From the NCBI GenBank assembly GCA_963664225.1, contig OY760937.1:2944001-3008000 (forward strand): DNA of 64,000 nucleotides, written 5' to 3'. The translations under genes and the position numbers were made by a program. This DNA is from Verrucomicrobiia bacterium. GTDB taxonomy: Bacteria; Verrucomicrobiota; Verrucomicrobiia; Limisphaerales; UBA1319. The notes below the pieces were generated by a model. The model worked only from the letters and a program-made list of their open reading frames with translations, ran no database searches and had not been told where the DNA came from. Shown here in pieces: positions 9,799 through 19,827 of this stretch. The stretch's first letter is position 1, and each line of letters opens with the position of its first letter.

Positions 9799-12700
9799 AT
9801 GAAAATAATAATGCGACAATTATCCCGGTATGCTTCTTCCGCGCTTCTCGTTCTTGCCAGCCTCTGCCTGTGGCATTGCGCCTCCAGCGCGTGGGCGGCT
9901 GATGCGATTGGCAATTCAACAAACCCGCCGCTGGCAACCATTCAGGCGCCGCAAGGTCTGATCGGCTGGTGGAAGGGCGAGGGTAATGTGATGGACTCGG
10001 CGGGCAGCGCGAACGGCTATGTGACAAATGGTGCAAGCTTTGGCATCGGCGAAGTTGGGGTCGGCTTCAGCCTCGACGGCACGAATAATCGGGTGGTTAT
10101 TCCCAGTTCTCCAGCGTTGAATTTTGGATCCAACCAAAACTACACAGTCGAAGCTTGGATCCAAGCCTATCCCACCCCCGATAATTATCAAGGGATTGCC
10201 GTCATCGTGGGCAAGTCTTACACACCTGATCCCAGCAGCTGCGTTGGATGGTTCTTATACATCGACAAAGGCAAGCTCGGCATTCTGATTTCGCAAGCGC
10301 CCATGAGCGCCGGCAATTCCTCTTTCTATGTCGCATCGGATGGGCCAAATGTTCAAGACGGGATGTTTCATCATGTGGCAGTCACCATGAATCGGAACTC
10401 CAGTACCGGCGGCAAGCTATACGTGGATGGCAATGTGGTTTTGGCCTTTGACCCGAGCTTGGAGTCAGGTGACCTTTCAACGACCACGCCTCTGTACGTC
10501 GGAAGTCATGATAATCCCAGCCTCAAGTGCAATTTCAAAGGCATTATCGATGATTTGTCCATCTATAACCGGGATTTGGTTTTAACGGAAATCTCTTCAA
10601 TTTATATGGCCGGCAGAGCTGGTAAAGTTTCCTCCTCCCAATCCTCGACCATGCCTCTTGGGATCGTCGGTTGGTGGAAGGGAGAGGGCAATGTGGTGGA
10701 CGGCATCAACGGCGCAAATGGTTACACGACCAACGGCGCAAGCTATGGGCCGGGAAAGGTGGGAACCGGCTTTAGCCTCGTTGGCACGAATAACAGGGTG
10801 ATCGTTCCCAACGCCCCGATGCTGAATTTGGGAGCCAGCCAGAACTTTTCCATTGAGCTTTGGATGCAGGCCCAACCCACTCCAGGCAATTACAACGGAA
10901 TTGCTGTCATCGCGGATAAGGCGGTCAGGCCTGATTCAAGCACGTCAACAGGTTGGCAGCTCTATTTGGAATACGGCCAGATCGGTTTCCAATTGTTGCC
11001 AGGCCCCATAAGCAGTCAAAGCCGTTGGACTGCCCCAGGCATCAATCTGCAGGACGGCCTGTTCCATCATGTGGCGGTGACCGTGAATCGCACTTCACAA
11101 TCTGGAGGCAGGTTATTCGTGGATGGAAATGTGGTTTTGACCTTCGACCCGACGCTCACATCGCAGGGTCTTTCGACAAACGGGATTCTCTACATTGGCA
11201 GCCATGGCAGTCCCGATATCAATGCCTTTTTTAAAGGCATAATTGACGAAGTTTCTGTCTATAATCGCGATTTAACCGCCACAGAGATCAATACGATCTA
11301 CAAGGCCGCCGGCGTCGGGAAAAGCACGGAATCCATCGCTCCATTTATTTATACGCAACCTGCAGGCGGGCAGGTAGTGAAGGGAAGAAGCGTAACTCTC
11401 GACGTCGGAAACGGAGGCACGCCGCCGTTGGCCTATCAATGGAAATTTAATGGAATCAATATTAGCGGAGCGACGAACAATACCCTGCTGGTGGAGAGTT
11501 TCCAACCCGACAATGCCGGCAACTACACAGTGGAAATAAGTAACGCAATGGGTTCCATCACCAGTTCAAATGCCGCGCTGACTGTCAAATTGCCGCTGCC
11601 GGCGCCACAGGGACTGGTGGGCTGGTGGAAAGGGGAAAGCAATGTAATGGATTCGGCCAGTATTGCGAATGGTTACGAAACAAACGGGGCTGGTTATGGT
11701 TCGGGCAGGGTGGGAACCGGCTTTAATTTCGACGGTGTGGATGATCGCGTGGTGGTTCCCAATAATCCAACACTGAATTTTGGCACCAATCAGAACTTTT
11801 CAATTGAGGCTTGGATTCAAGCCCAGCCCACTCCTGATAATCTGTCAGGTTACACCGTCATTGCAGACAAGGCTCTGCCGCGTGATGCCGGCAGTGTGGT
11901 GGGATGGATGTTCTATATGGAATACGGTCGGCTCGGTTTCCTGATGTCCCAGGCGCCCATGACTTATGCTGGCGCCTCGTATTGGGAGGCCCCGGGTCCT
12001 GATCTTCAAGATGGCCTGTTCCATCATGTGGCGGTCACTGTGGATCGAACTTCAAGCACGGGCGGCAAACTATACGTGGATGGAAGCGAGGTGATGACAT
12101 TTAATCCCACCGGGGAAAACGGCGATCTTTCGAGTGTGGCGCCGCTGAGGATCGGTAACCATAATAATCCCGATTTGGCCTGCAATTTCAAAGGCATCAT
12201 CGACGAGCTTTCCGTGTATAACCGTCAGCTGACGGCGGCGGATATCAGAGCCATTTACGAAACGGACAGCGCCGGGAAGAGCATGGAAGCAATCGCCCCA
12301 AGTATTATCGCTCAACCGGCAGGTCAATCAGTTGCACAGGGTAGTAGCGTCACCATTGATATTGGCTTCATCGGCACGCAGCCGCTGACTTACCAATGGA
12401 ATATTAATGGAACCAATATTTCGGCAGCGACCAACTCCTCGCTTGTCCTGACTAATTTTCAAACATCCGACGCAGGCGCCTATGCCGTGGTGATCAGCAA
12501 CGCCGTCGGATCCATAACAAGCTCCAACGCGCTATTGACATTCAAACCACCGATGCCTTCGCCCCAGGGTCTGGTGGGATGGTGGAAAGGGGAAGGCAAT
12601 GTGGCGGACTCCGCCGGCAATGCGAATGGTTATGTGACCAATGGAGCTGGTTATGGGCCCGGCGAAGTGGGAACAGGTTTCAGCCTTGACGGTGTTGATG

Positions 12701-15700
12701 ATCGGGTGATTATTTCAAATACTTCGGCACTGAACTTTGACAGCAACCGGAACTTCACGATTGAAGCGTGGATTCAAGCCCAACCCACCCCTGGAAATTA
12801 TAATGGGATCACCGTCATCGCGGATAAGGCGGTCAGGCCCGATTCCAGCACGTCAACGGGTTGGCAGCTTTACTTGGAATACGGCCAGCTCGGCTTTCAA
12901 TTGTTGCCGGGTCCCTTAAGTAGTCAAAATCGCTGGACCGCCCCGGGCATCAATCTGCAGGACGGCCTGTTCCATCATGTGGCGGCCACCGTGGATCGTA
13001 CTTCACATTCTGGCGGCAAGCTATTCGTGGATGGACGTGTGGTTTTGAGCTTTGACCCGACGCTCACTGCGCAGGGTCTTTCGACAAACGGCGTTCTCTA
13101 TATTGGCAGCCATGGCAGTCCGGACATCAATGCCTTTTTCAAAGGTATTATCGACGAGGTTTCGATCTATAATCGCGAGTTGACCACCAACGAAATCTAC
13201 GCGCTCTACAGAATAGCGGACGCGGGCAAGACCACGGCGCCATCAGCCCCGGCCATCATAGCGCAGCTTGCAAGCCAGCAAGTCGTGCAGGGAAGAAATG
13301 TGACCTTGGATATTGGAGTCGTTGGCACCCAGCCATTTGCTTTTCAATGGAGCTATAACGGGACCAATATTGATGGAGCCACCAACAAGGCATTCTCAGT
13401 GAGTAATTTCAACTCAGCCAATGAAGGCGCTTATGCAGTCACCGTCAGCAACGCACTCGGCTCGGTAACGAGTTCCAATGCCGTGCTGACTTTGAAACTG
13501 CCGATCACGGCGCCAGAAGGCCTGGTGGGTTGGTGGAGTGCCGAGGGCAACGTTTTGGACAATTATGGCAAGTCCATCGGTTACACAACCAATGGCGCGG
13601 GATATGGGCAGGGCGAGGTGGGAACCGGATTCAGCCTGGACGGCAAGGAAGGCCGGGTCATTGTGCCCAATGCGTCCCTGCTGGATTTTGGAACCAACCA
13701 GAACTTCTCGGTCGAGGCCTGGATTCAGGTCTCAAACGTTACCGCACCATACTACGGCGCCCTTGTTCCCATCGCGGCAAAAACCATCGGCACCTCCTCG
13801 AGCGGTTCGGTGGGATGGGCGCTTTGCATGCAAAATGGTTGCCTTGGTTTGCAGATGTCGCAAGCGCCTCTTGCACCAGGAAATATTTCAAAATGGATTT
13901 CGGGAAGCCCGAATTTGCAGGATGGCAAATTCCATCATATCGCGGCCACGGTGAATCGAACTTCAATCACCGGCGGTCGGCTTTATGTGGATGGAAAGGT
14001 GGTTCGGAGCTTTGATCCCACAATTGAAAAGGGAGACCTTTCAACATCGGGTCCATTGTATATTGGCGGCTACGACAACGCCACCAATACGGCTTCGTTT
14101 AAGGGCATTCTTGACGAATTGTCGGTTTATAATCGCGCCATGGCTTCCAACGAGATTGCTGCAATCTATCAGTCGGCCGATGCCGGCAAGTTCTTGAAAC
14201 CATTCGCCCCGATTATTATAACGCAACCTTCCATCCAACAAATTGCTCAGGGAGGGAATGTAAAGCTTGAGTTTACGATCGCAGGTACCGAGCCGTTGAC
14301 TTATCAATGGTTTTTCAATGGCGCGAATATTGCCAGCGCCACAAACAAGTCGCTGGTGTTGACCAATGTCCAACTTGGCGACGCGGGTGCTTACGCGGTC
14401 AGCGTTACAAATGCATTGGGATCGGCAACAAGCTCCAACGCCGTGCTGACCGTGGTATTGCCGATAACGGCGCCGCAGGGTCTGATCGGCTGGTGGCGCG
14501 GGGAGAGCAATGTGGTGGACGAATTCACCGGATCGATCGGTTACGAAACGAACGGTGCTGGTTTTGCCACAGGTGAAGTGGGAACTGGCTTCAGTTTCGA
14601 TGGCACGAACAGCCAGGTTGTGATACCCGATTCGCCGACCCTGAATTTTGGGTCCAACCAAAACTTCTCGGTCGAGGCCTGGATTCAAGCGCAGCCGTTC
14701 GCCCAGCCCACTTATCCCAATTATGGACGCTATAGCCAGAATGTCTCGATAGCGGCTAAATCGTTTTATTCCATGGATCTCATGCAGGAAGTGGGCTGGA
14801 AGTTTTCTTTGGATAATGGCTCGCTCCTGTTCATGATGACGGAGGGAATTGCCAATAATATCAATCCCACGGCTTGGATGACAACGAACACCGTTATCAC
14901 GGATTCGAATTTCCATCATGTGGCCGCCACGGTGGACCGCACATCCAAAACAGGCGGCAAGTTATATGTGGACGGAAACTTGGTTCTCACATTTGATCCA
15001 TCCTCGCAGAACGGCGATTTGTCGAATACAAGTCCGCTGCTGGTTGGGACCAAATTAAACATGGTTTTGATGCCAGGCCCCATGGCTACCTTTAATTACT
15101 TCAAAGGCATCATCGATGAAGTGACGGTTTATAATAGGGCACTTTCGTCCAACGAAATTGCCGTAATCACGCAAGTTGGCATTGGCGGAAAGTTCATGCA
15201 GCCAACCGCCCCCATCATCGCGACGCAACCCGCAAGCCAGAGAATTGTGCAGGGTAATGACATGACCCTGGTGGTCGGAGCCGGAGGAACGCAACCTTTG
15301 ACCTACCAGTGGCAGTTTAATGGAAGCGATATGGCGAGTCGCACGAACTCATCGCTGGTACTGACCAACATCCAGTTTATTCAGGCCGGCGCATACTCCG
15401 TCAAGGTGTCGAATGCCCTTGGTTCCGTTACCAGCAGCAACGCCCTAATCCGGGTGGACTTCCCGCCCGCCACAGTACTTGTGGCTAATGCCAGCGGTTC
15501 GGCAAGCGCGCCCATCACCGTGCCTGTCGTGTTATTGGCCAATGGCAATGAAAACGCCGTCAGCTTCAGTGTGAACTTCGATCCGGCAATTCTCACATTT
15601 GCCAAAGTGGTTAAGGGTTCTGGAGCGATTGACGGATCGTTATTGCCCAACACCAACCTTGTCGGCACCGGAAAACTTGGCCTGATTCTGGCTTTGGATC

Positions 15701-17028
15701 CAGGCACGGTGTTCAGCGCAGGCACGCAGGAAGTCGTCAAAGTGAGCTTCAATGTGGCCACCACTCAGGCAGGCTCAACGTTGGTCACCTTTGGGAACCA
15801 GCCGACCTTGTCTCAACTCTCGGATGTTGACGCGATTACCCTGGCCGCAAACTATGAGGACGGCACGGTAAGCATTGCCGCTGCTGACTTCGAGGGCGAT
15901 GTCACTCCGCGCCCGAGTGGCGATAGGCAGGTCACCCTGACTGATTGGGTGCAGGAGGGACGCTATGTCGCGCGGTTGGATAATCCTGCAGGTCCGGGCG
16001 AATATCAACGCGCCGATTGCGCGCCGCAAGCCACCCGTGGCGACGGGGCCATTACCGTGATCGATTGGGTGCAAGCGGGGCGCTATGCAGTTGGATTGGA
16101 TCCGCTCTTGCCGGTGGGCGGTCCATCGGCAGAGATTCTGCCGATCATTCCCCTGGACAATGTTTCCTCACGCATCACCGAGACCACCGCGGGTTGCGAG
16201 GTGAAAATAGTGGAGTTAAACCTTGTTCAAGGCCAGTCAGGAACTGTGAGCGTGGTTTTGGAGGCGCAGGGCACTGAGAATGCCTTGGGCTTCAGCCTGG
16301 CCTTCGATCCAACGGCCATCCGTCTTATCAAGGCGAGCAGGGGAAGCGATGCCACCGATTCTTTTCTCAACGTGAATACCAATGACGCCGCCTCAGGCCG
16401 CGTCGGTGTTGCGCTCTCGCTTTCGCCGGGCCAGACCTTTGGAACGGGCGCCAAAGAAATACTGAAATTGAGTGTTCAAGTCGCCGCTTCCGCGGCCACG
16501 GGACAATCCACATTCACATTCACGGATGTGCCCGTGACCCGGGTGGTGTCTGACGTCACCGCCATTGCGTTAATCGCAACCTTCACGCAAGGAGTCGTGG
16601 ATGTCGATTCATCGATCCCCACGCTGCGAATCAACCGGCTTAACGATCAAGTGGTTCTGTCATGGCCGGATTGGGCGACCAATTACGTGCTGCAGGTCAC
16701 CGGAAATTCCGGCACTAACATGACCTGGACCAATTCGGCGGCCGCATCGATCCTGACCAACGGCGCAAGCGTGGTGACCTTGCCCGCATCCGCACAAACT
16801 GAATTGTATCGTTTGATTCAAATTGGTTCGCAAGGGGGCAACGGTTCTGCCGCCCTGCAAGCGAAAGCAATCCTGAGAGGCGCCACGCGAACGGCTACGC
16901 CAATTCCGGGAACCACACTAATACTACCGGGACCGATCAGGGGCGTACCCTATCCGGGCTCGACATATCCGAATTCACCGTCGCCCGTGCGATATAGACC
17001 TGCGCCAGAGCAACTCCTGGTCCCTTGA
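9799..17028 (+). CDS. Giant secreted protein: 6 LamG-like + 5 Ig-like + cohesin-dockerin-cohesin + C-terminal domain
   Basis: Signal peptide; six GL(I/V)GWW...FHHVA...DG...FKGIIDE...YNR modules; five P.I..Q...YQW..NG...Y.V..SN modules; ENA(V/L).FS..FDP cohesin-like modules. Confidence 0.85.
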   Translation: MKIIMRQLSRYASSALLVLASLCLWHCASSAWAADAIGNSTNPPLATIQAPQGLIGWWKGEGNVMDSAGSANGYVTNGASFGIGEVGVGFSLDGTNNRVVIPSSPALNFGSNQNYTVEAWIQAYPTPDNYQGIAVIVGKSYTPDPSSCVGWFLYIDKGKLGILISQAPMSAGNSSFYVASDGPNVQDGMFHHVAVTMNRNSSTGGKLYVDGNVVLAFDPSLESGDLSTTTPLYVGSHDNPSLKCNFKGIIDDLSIYNRDLVLTEISSIYMAGRAGKVSSSQSSTMPLGIVGWWKGEGNVVDGINGANGYTTNGASYGPGKVGTGFSLVGTNNRVIVPNAPMLNLGASQNFSIELWMQAQPTPGNYNGIAVIADKAVRPDSSTSTGWQLYLEYGQIGFQLLPGPISSQSRWTAPGINLQDGLFHHVAVTVNRTSQSGGRLFVDGNVVLTFDPTLTSQGLSTNGILYIGSHGSPDINAFFKGIIDEVSVYNRDLTATEINTIYKAAGVGKSTESIAPFIYTQPAGGQVVKGRSVTLDVGNGGTPPLAYQWKFNGINISGATNNTLLVESFQPDNAGNYTVEISNAMGSITSSNAALTVKLPLPAPQGLVGWWKGESNVMDSASIANGYETNGAGYGSGRVGTGFNFDGVDDRVVVPNNPTLNFGTNQNFSIEAWIQAQPTPDNLSGYTVIADKALPRDAGSVVGWMFYMEYGRLGFLMSQAPMTYAGASYWEAPGPDLQDGLFHHVAVTVDRTSSTGGKLYVDGSEVMTFNPTGENGDLSSVAPLRIGNHNNPDLACNFKGIIDELSVYNRQLTAADIRAIYETDSAGKSMEAIAPSIIAQPAGQSVAQGSSVTIDIGFIGTQPLTYQWNINGTNISAATNSSLVLTNFQTSDAGAYAVVISNAVGSITSSNALLTFKPPMPSPQGLVGWWKGEGNVADSAGNANGYVTNGAGYGPGEVGTGFSLDGVDDRVIISNTSALNFDSNRNFTIEAWIQAQPTPGNYNGITVIADKAVRPDSSTSTGWQLYLEYGQLGFQLLPGPLSSQNRWTAPGINLQDGLFHHVAATVDRTSHSGGKLFVDGRVVLSFDPTLTAQGLSTNGVLYIGSHGSPDINAFFKGIIDEVSIYNRELTTNEIYALYRIADAGKTTAPSAPAIIAQLASQQVVQGRNVTLDIGVVGTQPFAFQWSYNGTNIDGATNKAFSVSNFNSANEGAYAVTVSNALGSVTSSNAVLTLKLPITAPEGLVGWWSAEGNVLDNYGKSIGYTTNGAGYGQGEVGTGFSLDGKEGRVIVPNASLLDFGTNQNFSVEAWIQVSNVTAPYYGALVPIAAKTIGTSSSGSVGWALCMQNGCLGLQMSQAPLAPGNISKWISGSPNLQDGKFHHIAATVNRTSITGGRLYVDGKVVRSFDPTIEKGDLSTSGPLYIGGYDNATNTASFKGILDELSVYNRAMASNEIAAIYQSADAGKFLKPFAPIIITQPSIQQIAQGGNVKLEFTIAGTEPLTYQWFFNGANIASATNKSLVLTNVQLGDAGAYAVSVTNALGSATSSNAVLTVVLPITAPQGLIGWWRGESNVVDEFTGSIGYETNGAGFATGEVGTGFSFDGTNSQVVIPDSPTLNFGSNQNFSVEAWIQAQPFAQPTYPNYGRYSQNVSIAAKSFYSMDLMQEVGWKFSLDNGSLLFMMTEGIANNINPTAWMTTNTVITDSNFHHVAATVDRTSKTGGKLYVDGNLVLTFDPSSQNGDLSNTSPLLVGTKLNMVLMPGPMATFNYFKGIIDEVTVYNRALSSNEIAVITQVGIGGKFMQPTAPIIATQPASQRIVQGNDMTLVVGAGGTQPLTYQWQFNGSDMASRTNSSLVLTNIQFIQAGAYSVKVSNALGSVTSSNALIRVDFPPATVLVANASGSASAPITVPVVLLANGNENAVSFSVNFDPAILTFAKVVKGSGAIDGSLLPNTNLVGTGKLGLILALDPGTVFSAGTQEVVKVSFNVATTQAGSTLVTFGNQPTLSQLSDVDAITLAANYEDGTVSIAAADFEGDVTPRPSGDRQVTLTDWVQEGRYVARLDNPAGPGEYQRADCAPQATRGDGAITVIDWVQAGRYAVGLDPLLPVGGPSAEILPIIPLDNVSSRITETTAGCEVKIVELNLVQGQSGTVSVVLEAQGTENALGFSLAFDPTAIRLIKASRGSDATDSFLNVNTNDAASGRVGVALSLSPGQTFGTGAKEILKLSVQVAASAATGQSTFTFTDVPVTRVVSDVTAIALIATFTQGVVDVDSSIPTLRINRLNDQVVLSWPDWATNYVLQVTGNSGTNMTWTNSAAASILTNGASVVTLPASAQTELYRLIQIGSQGGNGSAALQAKAILRGATRTATPIPGTTLILPGPIRGVPYPGSTYPNSPSPVRYRPAPEQLLVP

Positions 17029-17151
17029 CGTCAATGTTGAAGAGCACTCTTATTTAAGAGCAGATCGGCTCAGGAGCATTGAATCATGCCGATCATATGG
17101 TTGCCCGAGCCGTGAGTGACTCCAGGGCAGGTTACAGGATTGAACAGCATT

Positions 17152-17194
17152 ACTCAGCGGGTACATCCAGCCGGGATGCCCCCGCTGAGTTTTT
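17152..17194 (+). terminator. Intrinsic terminator
   Basis: ACTCAGCGGG...CCCGCTGAGT stem followed by a T-run, downstream of the giant gene. Confidence 0.7.
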
Positions 17195-17266
17195 GTCTTG
17201 CCCCCTGCACGTTCCATTCTCCGGGCTTGTCAAATCATGATTTCCGCTGTTTATAGGCATTGATTT

Positions 17267-18151
17267 ATGAAACCAATTACGCTCTTTTTTGCAGGCGGCG
17301 TCCTGGCGGTCGGCTCCGTCATCATTTCCGCTCAAAACACCAATCTCACCACGCCTTCGCCCTGGTCCTCGGACCTCAAGGCCGACTATTCCTATGTGGG
17401 GGACGCGCAAACCCATTTCAACGGCCAAAAATGGGGCGATCTCTCGGAGAATTCCGGGCGGTTGCGCTATGATTTAACCCGTAAAATGAGCGACACCTAT
17501 GGCTGGCGGGTGGGCATTGGCGTTGATGAATACGCATTTGACGTGCCTGCGGGAGTCCCGGTTCCCGACCGCGCCGAGGCCATCAGCCTGCGTTTGGGCG
17601 ACCAATGGAAATTTGCGGACAAGTGGACGTTTCGCGCGGGAATTGAGCCTGGGATCTACCATGACGGCAAAGACGTGAAGTGGCGGGATGTGAACGTGCC
17701 GTTTTACGCGGGGGTTTCTTACGAGGCCAATCCCGATCTGACGTGGATGTTTGGCTTGCGGGTCGATGTTTGGTCGGACGTTCCCGTGCTGCCTGGCGCG
17801 GGTGTGCGGTGGAAATTCACCGATGACTGGACTCTGAACCTGATGTTTCCCAGGCCCCAGTTGCAATACGCGGTCAACGATCGCGTCACGGCGTATGTGG
17901 GCGGGGATTATCGCGGGGGATCCTTTCGGACCGCCAGGAATTTCAAGGTCAACGGACTCAACGACGAAGTCATGGACCATCGGGAAATTCGCGCGGGCGC
18001 GGGTGTGGATTGGAATTTGACCAGTTGCCTCACGGGTGAATTCGAGGCGGGATATGTCTGCTACCATCGGTTCGAATTCGATAACAAGGACGTCACCGTG
18101 AAGGCGGATCCCGCTCCCTATTTGAGCGCCTCGCTGCGGTTCAAATTCTGA
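17267..18151 (+). CDS. Outer-membrane beta-barrel protein (DUF6268-like)
   Basis: Signal peptide, alternating aromatic beta-strands, LNLMFPRP, C-terminal LRFKF. Confidence 0.7.
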   Translation: MKPITLFFAGGVLAVGSVIISAQNTNLTTPSPWSSDLKADYSYVGDAQTHFNGQKWGDLSENSGRLRYDLTRKMSDTYGWRVGIGVDEYAFDVPAGVPVPDRAEAISLRLGDQWKFADKWTFRAGIEPGIYHDGKDVKWRDVNVPFYAGVSYEANPDLTWMFGLRVDVWSDVPVLPGAGVRWKFTDDWTLNLMFPRPQLQYAVNDRVTAYVGGDYRGGSFRTARNFKVNGLNDEVMDHREIRAGAGVDWNLTSCLTGEFEAGYVCYHRFEFDNKDVTVKADPAPYLSASLRFKF

Positions 18152-18217
18152 TCGCCCGTTCCACGGTCAATGCGAGGGGAAAACCTCGCGCCCTGCCCTG
18201 CGTTGACTATTAGTTGA

Positions 18218-19618
18218 CTATTGGTTCTTGAAACCAAAATAGCCGCGTTCCTTGATGAGCTTGACCACAGGGGCGGGCACCTGGCTTTCCCAGTCGGGCT
18301 GCCCGGTCTGGATCATGGCCAGCACATCCTGCGAATGGATCTTGAGTAGAGCCTCATCGAAGCCTTTGATGAAGGCCAGATGGTTGTTTTCGAGCAGATG
18401 CGCGTAGAGGTGCTGCAGATGCGGAGCCACGCGGAGCGTGTTTGCGGTGATCAATTCGCCGGAGGTCTCGCGCAGGGGGTGAATGTAGAGTTTGACGGCG
18501 TTCTTGAATAACCGGCCGAAGGACTCAAGAATGCCGCCCTCCAGATCGGAATAGTACTTCTCGTTAAAAATCTCCACCAGCGTGGGGATGCCCATGGCGA
18601 TGCCAATACGACGTTTGCTGTTGCGGGCGAGGTAGGCGGACAAGGGATAGAACCGCGAGTAATTCGAGATCATCACGTTCCGGCCCAGCGCCCCAAGCAA
18701 ATCGACACGCGCGAGAAAATCGCTGTGATCGATCGTGCCGGTCGCGAGCAGGTTGCGCATGGTGATTTCCATCAGCTCCACCACCGGCTCATTCTCCAAT
18801 TTCTCCTCCTCGATGAACTGGGCTCTGGCACACTCGATCATGTCGATATTCAGGAGGTTGATGGGCCGAAAACTGCCGCGCTCGACAATCAGCGGTTTGT
18901 TGTGAAGGATTTCCGAGGCCTGCATGACCTCGCCATCGGGCGTGAACATCACTGCGGTGGTCAGATTTTGATGCACCAGTTGCAGGTTCATCAGGCGGTT
19001 GTCCACCCCTGTAAATGCAGGGCCTGAGAATTTGATCAAATCGACCTCGATGCGCGCAGCGGTCAGGCTGTCGAGCAGCGAGGCGATCAACCATTCAGGC
19101 TTCTCGTGGTGATAATAGGCGCCGTAAATAAGGTTCACGCCAATGGCGCCCAGGGCCTCCTGTTCCAGCACATTCTCATGATCGAGCATCCGCACATGAA
19201 TCACCACCTGGGAGGGTGCGCCGCCTGGCTGGGTTTGGAATTTCATGCCCAGCCAGCCGTGGGCGTCGTCGGGACGCGAGAAACTCCGCGCGGTCACCGT
19301 GTCCGCAAAAACAAAGAAACAGGTTTCCGCACCGCGCTTGGCCGCAAGGCGCTCCAGCAGCAGCGCGAACTCATAATCCAGCATTGTCTGGAGCCGTTGG
19401 CGGCTCACATAACGATCCGCCGGGCCATAGATCGCGTCGCTGAAGGTCATGTCATAGGCCGAAATGGTCTTGGCCACCGTTCCTGCGGCCCCGCTCACCC
19501 GAAAAAAAGCACGCCCCACTTCCTGGCCCGCGCCAATCTCGGCAAATGTGCCGTATTTGGCCAGATCCATGTTGAGCTGAAATGCCTTCTGATTTGTATC
19601 CAAAACCTCGCGAATCAT
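18218..19618 (-). CDS. Conserved protein with CinA-like N-terminus and degenerate nucleotidyltransferase-like C-terminus
   Basis: YGTFAEIGAGQEV...AKTISAYD, RGSFRP..., C-terminal WESQVP..V..LIKER; function uncertain. Confidence 0.55.
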   Translation of the reverse strand: MIREVLDTNQKAFQLNMDLAKYGTFAEIGAGQEVGRAFFRVSGAAGTVAKTISAYDMTFSDAIYGPADRYVSRQRLQTMLDYEFALLLERLAAKRGAETCFFVFADTVTARSFSRPDDAHGWLGMKFQTQPGGAPSQVVIHVRMLDHENVLEQEALGAIGVNLIYGAYYHHEKPEWLIASLLDSLTAARIEVDLIKFSGPAFTGVDNRLMNLQLVHQNLTTAVMFTPDGEVMQASEILHNKPLIVERGSFRPINLLNIDMIECARAQFIEEEKLENEPVVELMEITMRNLLATGTIDHSDFLARVDLLGALGRNVMISNYSRFYPLSAYLARNSKRRIGIAMGIPTLVEIFNEKYYSDLEGGILESFGRLFKNAVKLYIHPLRETSGELITANTLRVAPHLQHLYAHLLENNHLAFIKGFDEALLKIHSQDVLAMIQTGQPDWESQVPAPVVKLIKERGYFGFKNQ

Positions 19619-19827
19619 GCGGCTGTAACATTCACCACCCGCGGCATTTCGGCCAGTGAATAATCAGATCGTGATTCCATGGATGGGTTCGTTCCACACC
19701 AAAACCAGGTGTTGCCCGGGATCTCTCACGAGGGCGGCGTGTAAATGCTCGACATGCAAAATGAAAGCGTCAAATTGACTCTTAAATAGTAACGAAAAGC
19801 TCGCAAAAGGCCTCTGGCCGGTGTAAG

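Noticed and set aside
17045..17150. Possible riboswitch upstream of the beta-barrel gene (hairpin CGGCTC...GAGCCG ahead of a terminator)
   Set aside because: No recognisable aptamer consensus; the terminator is explained by the upstream giant gene.
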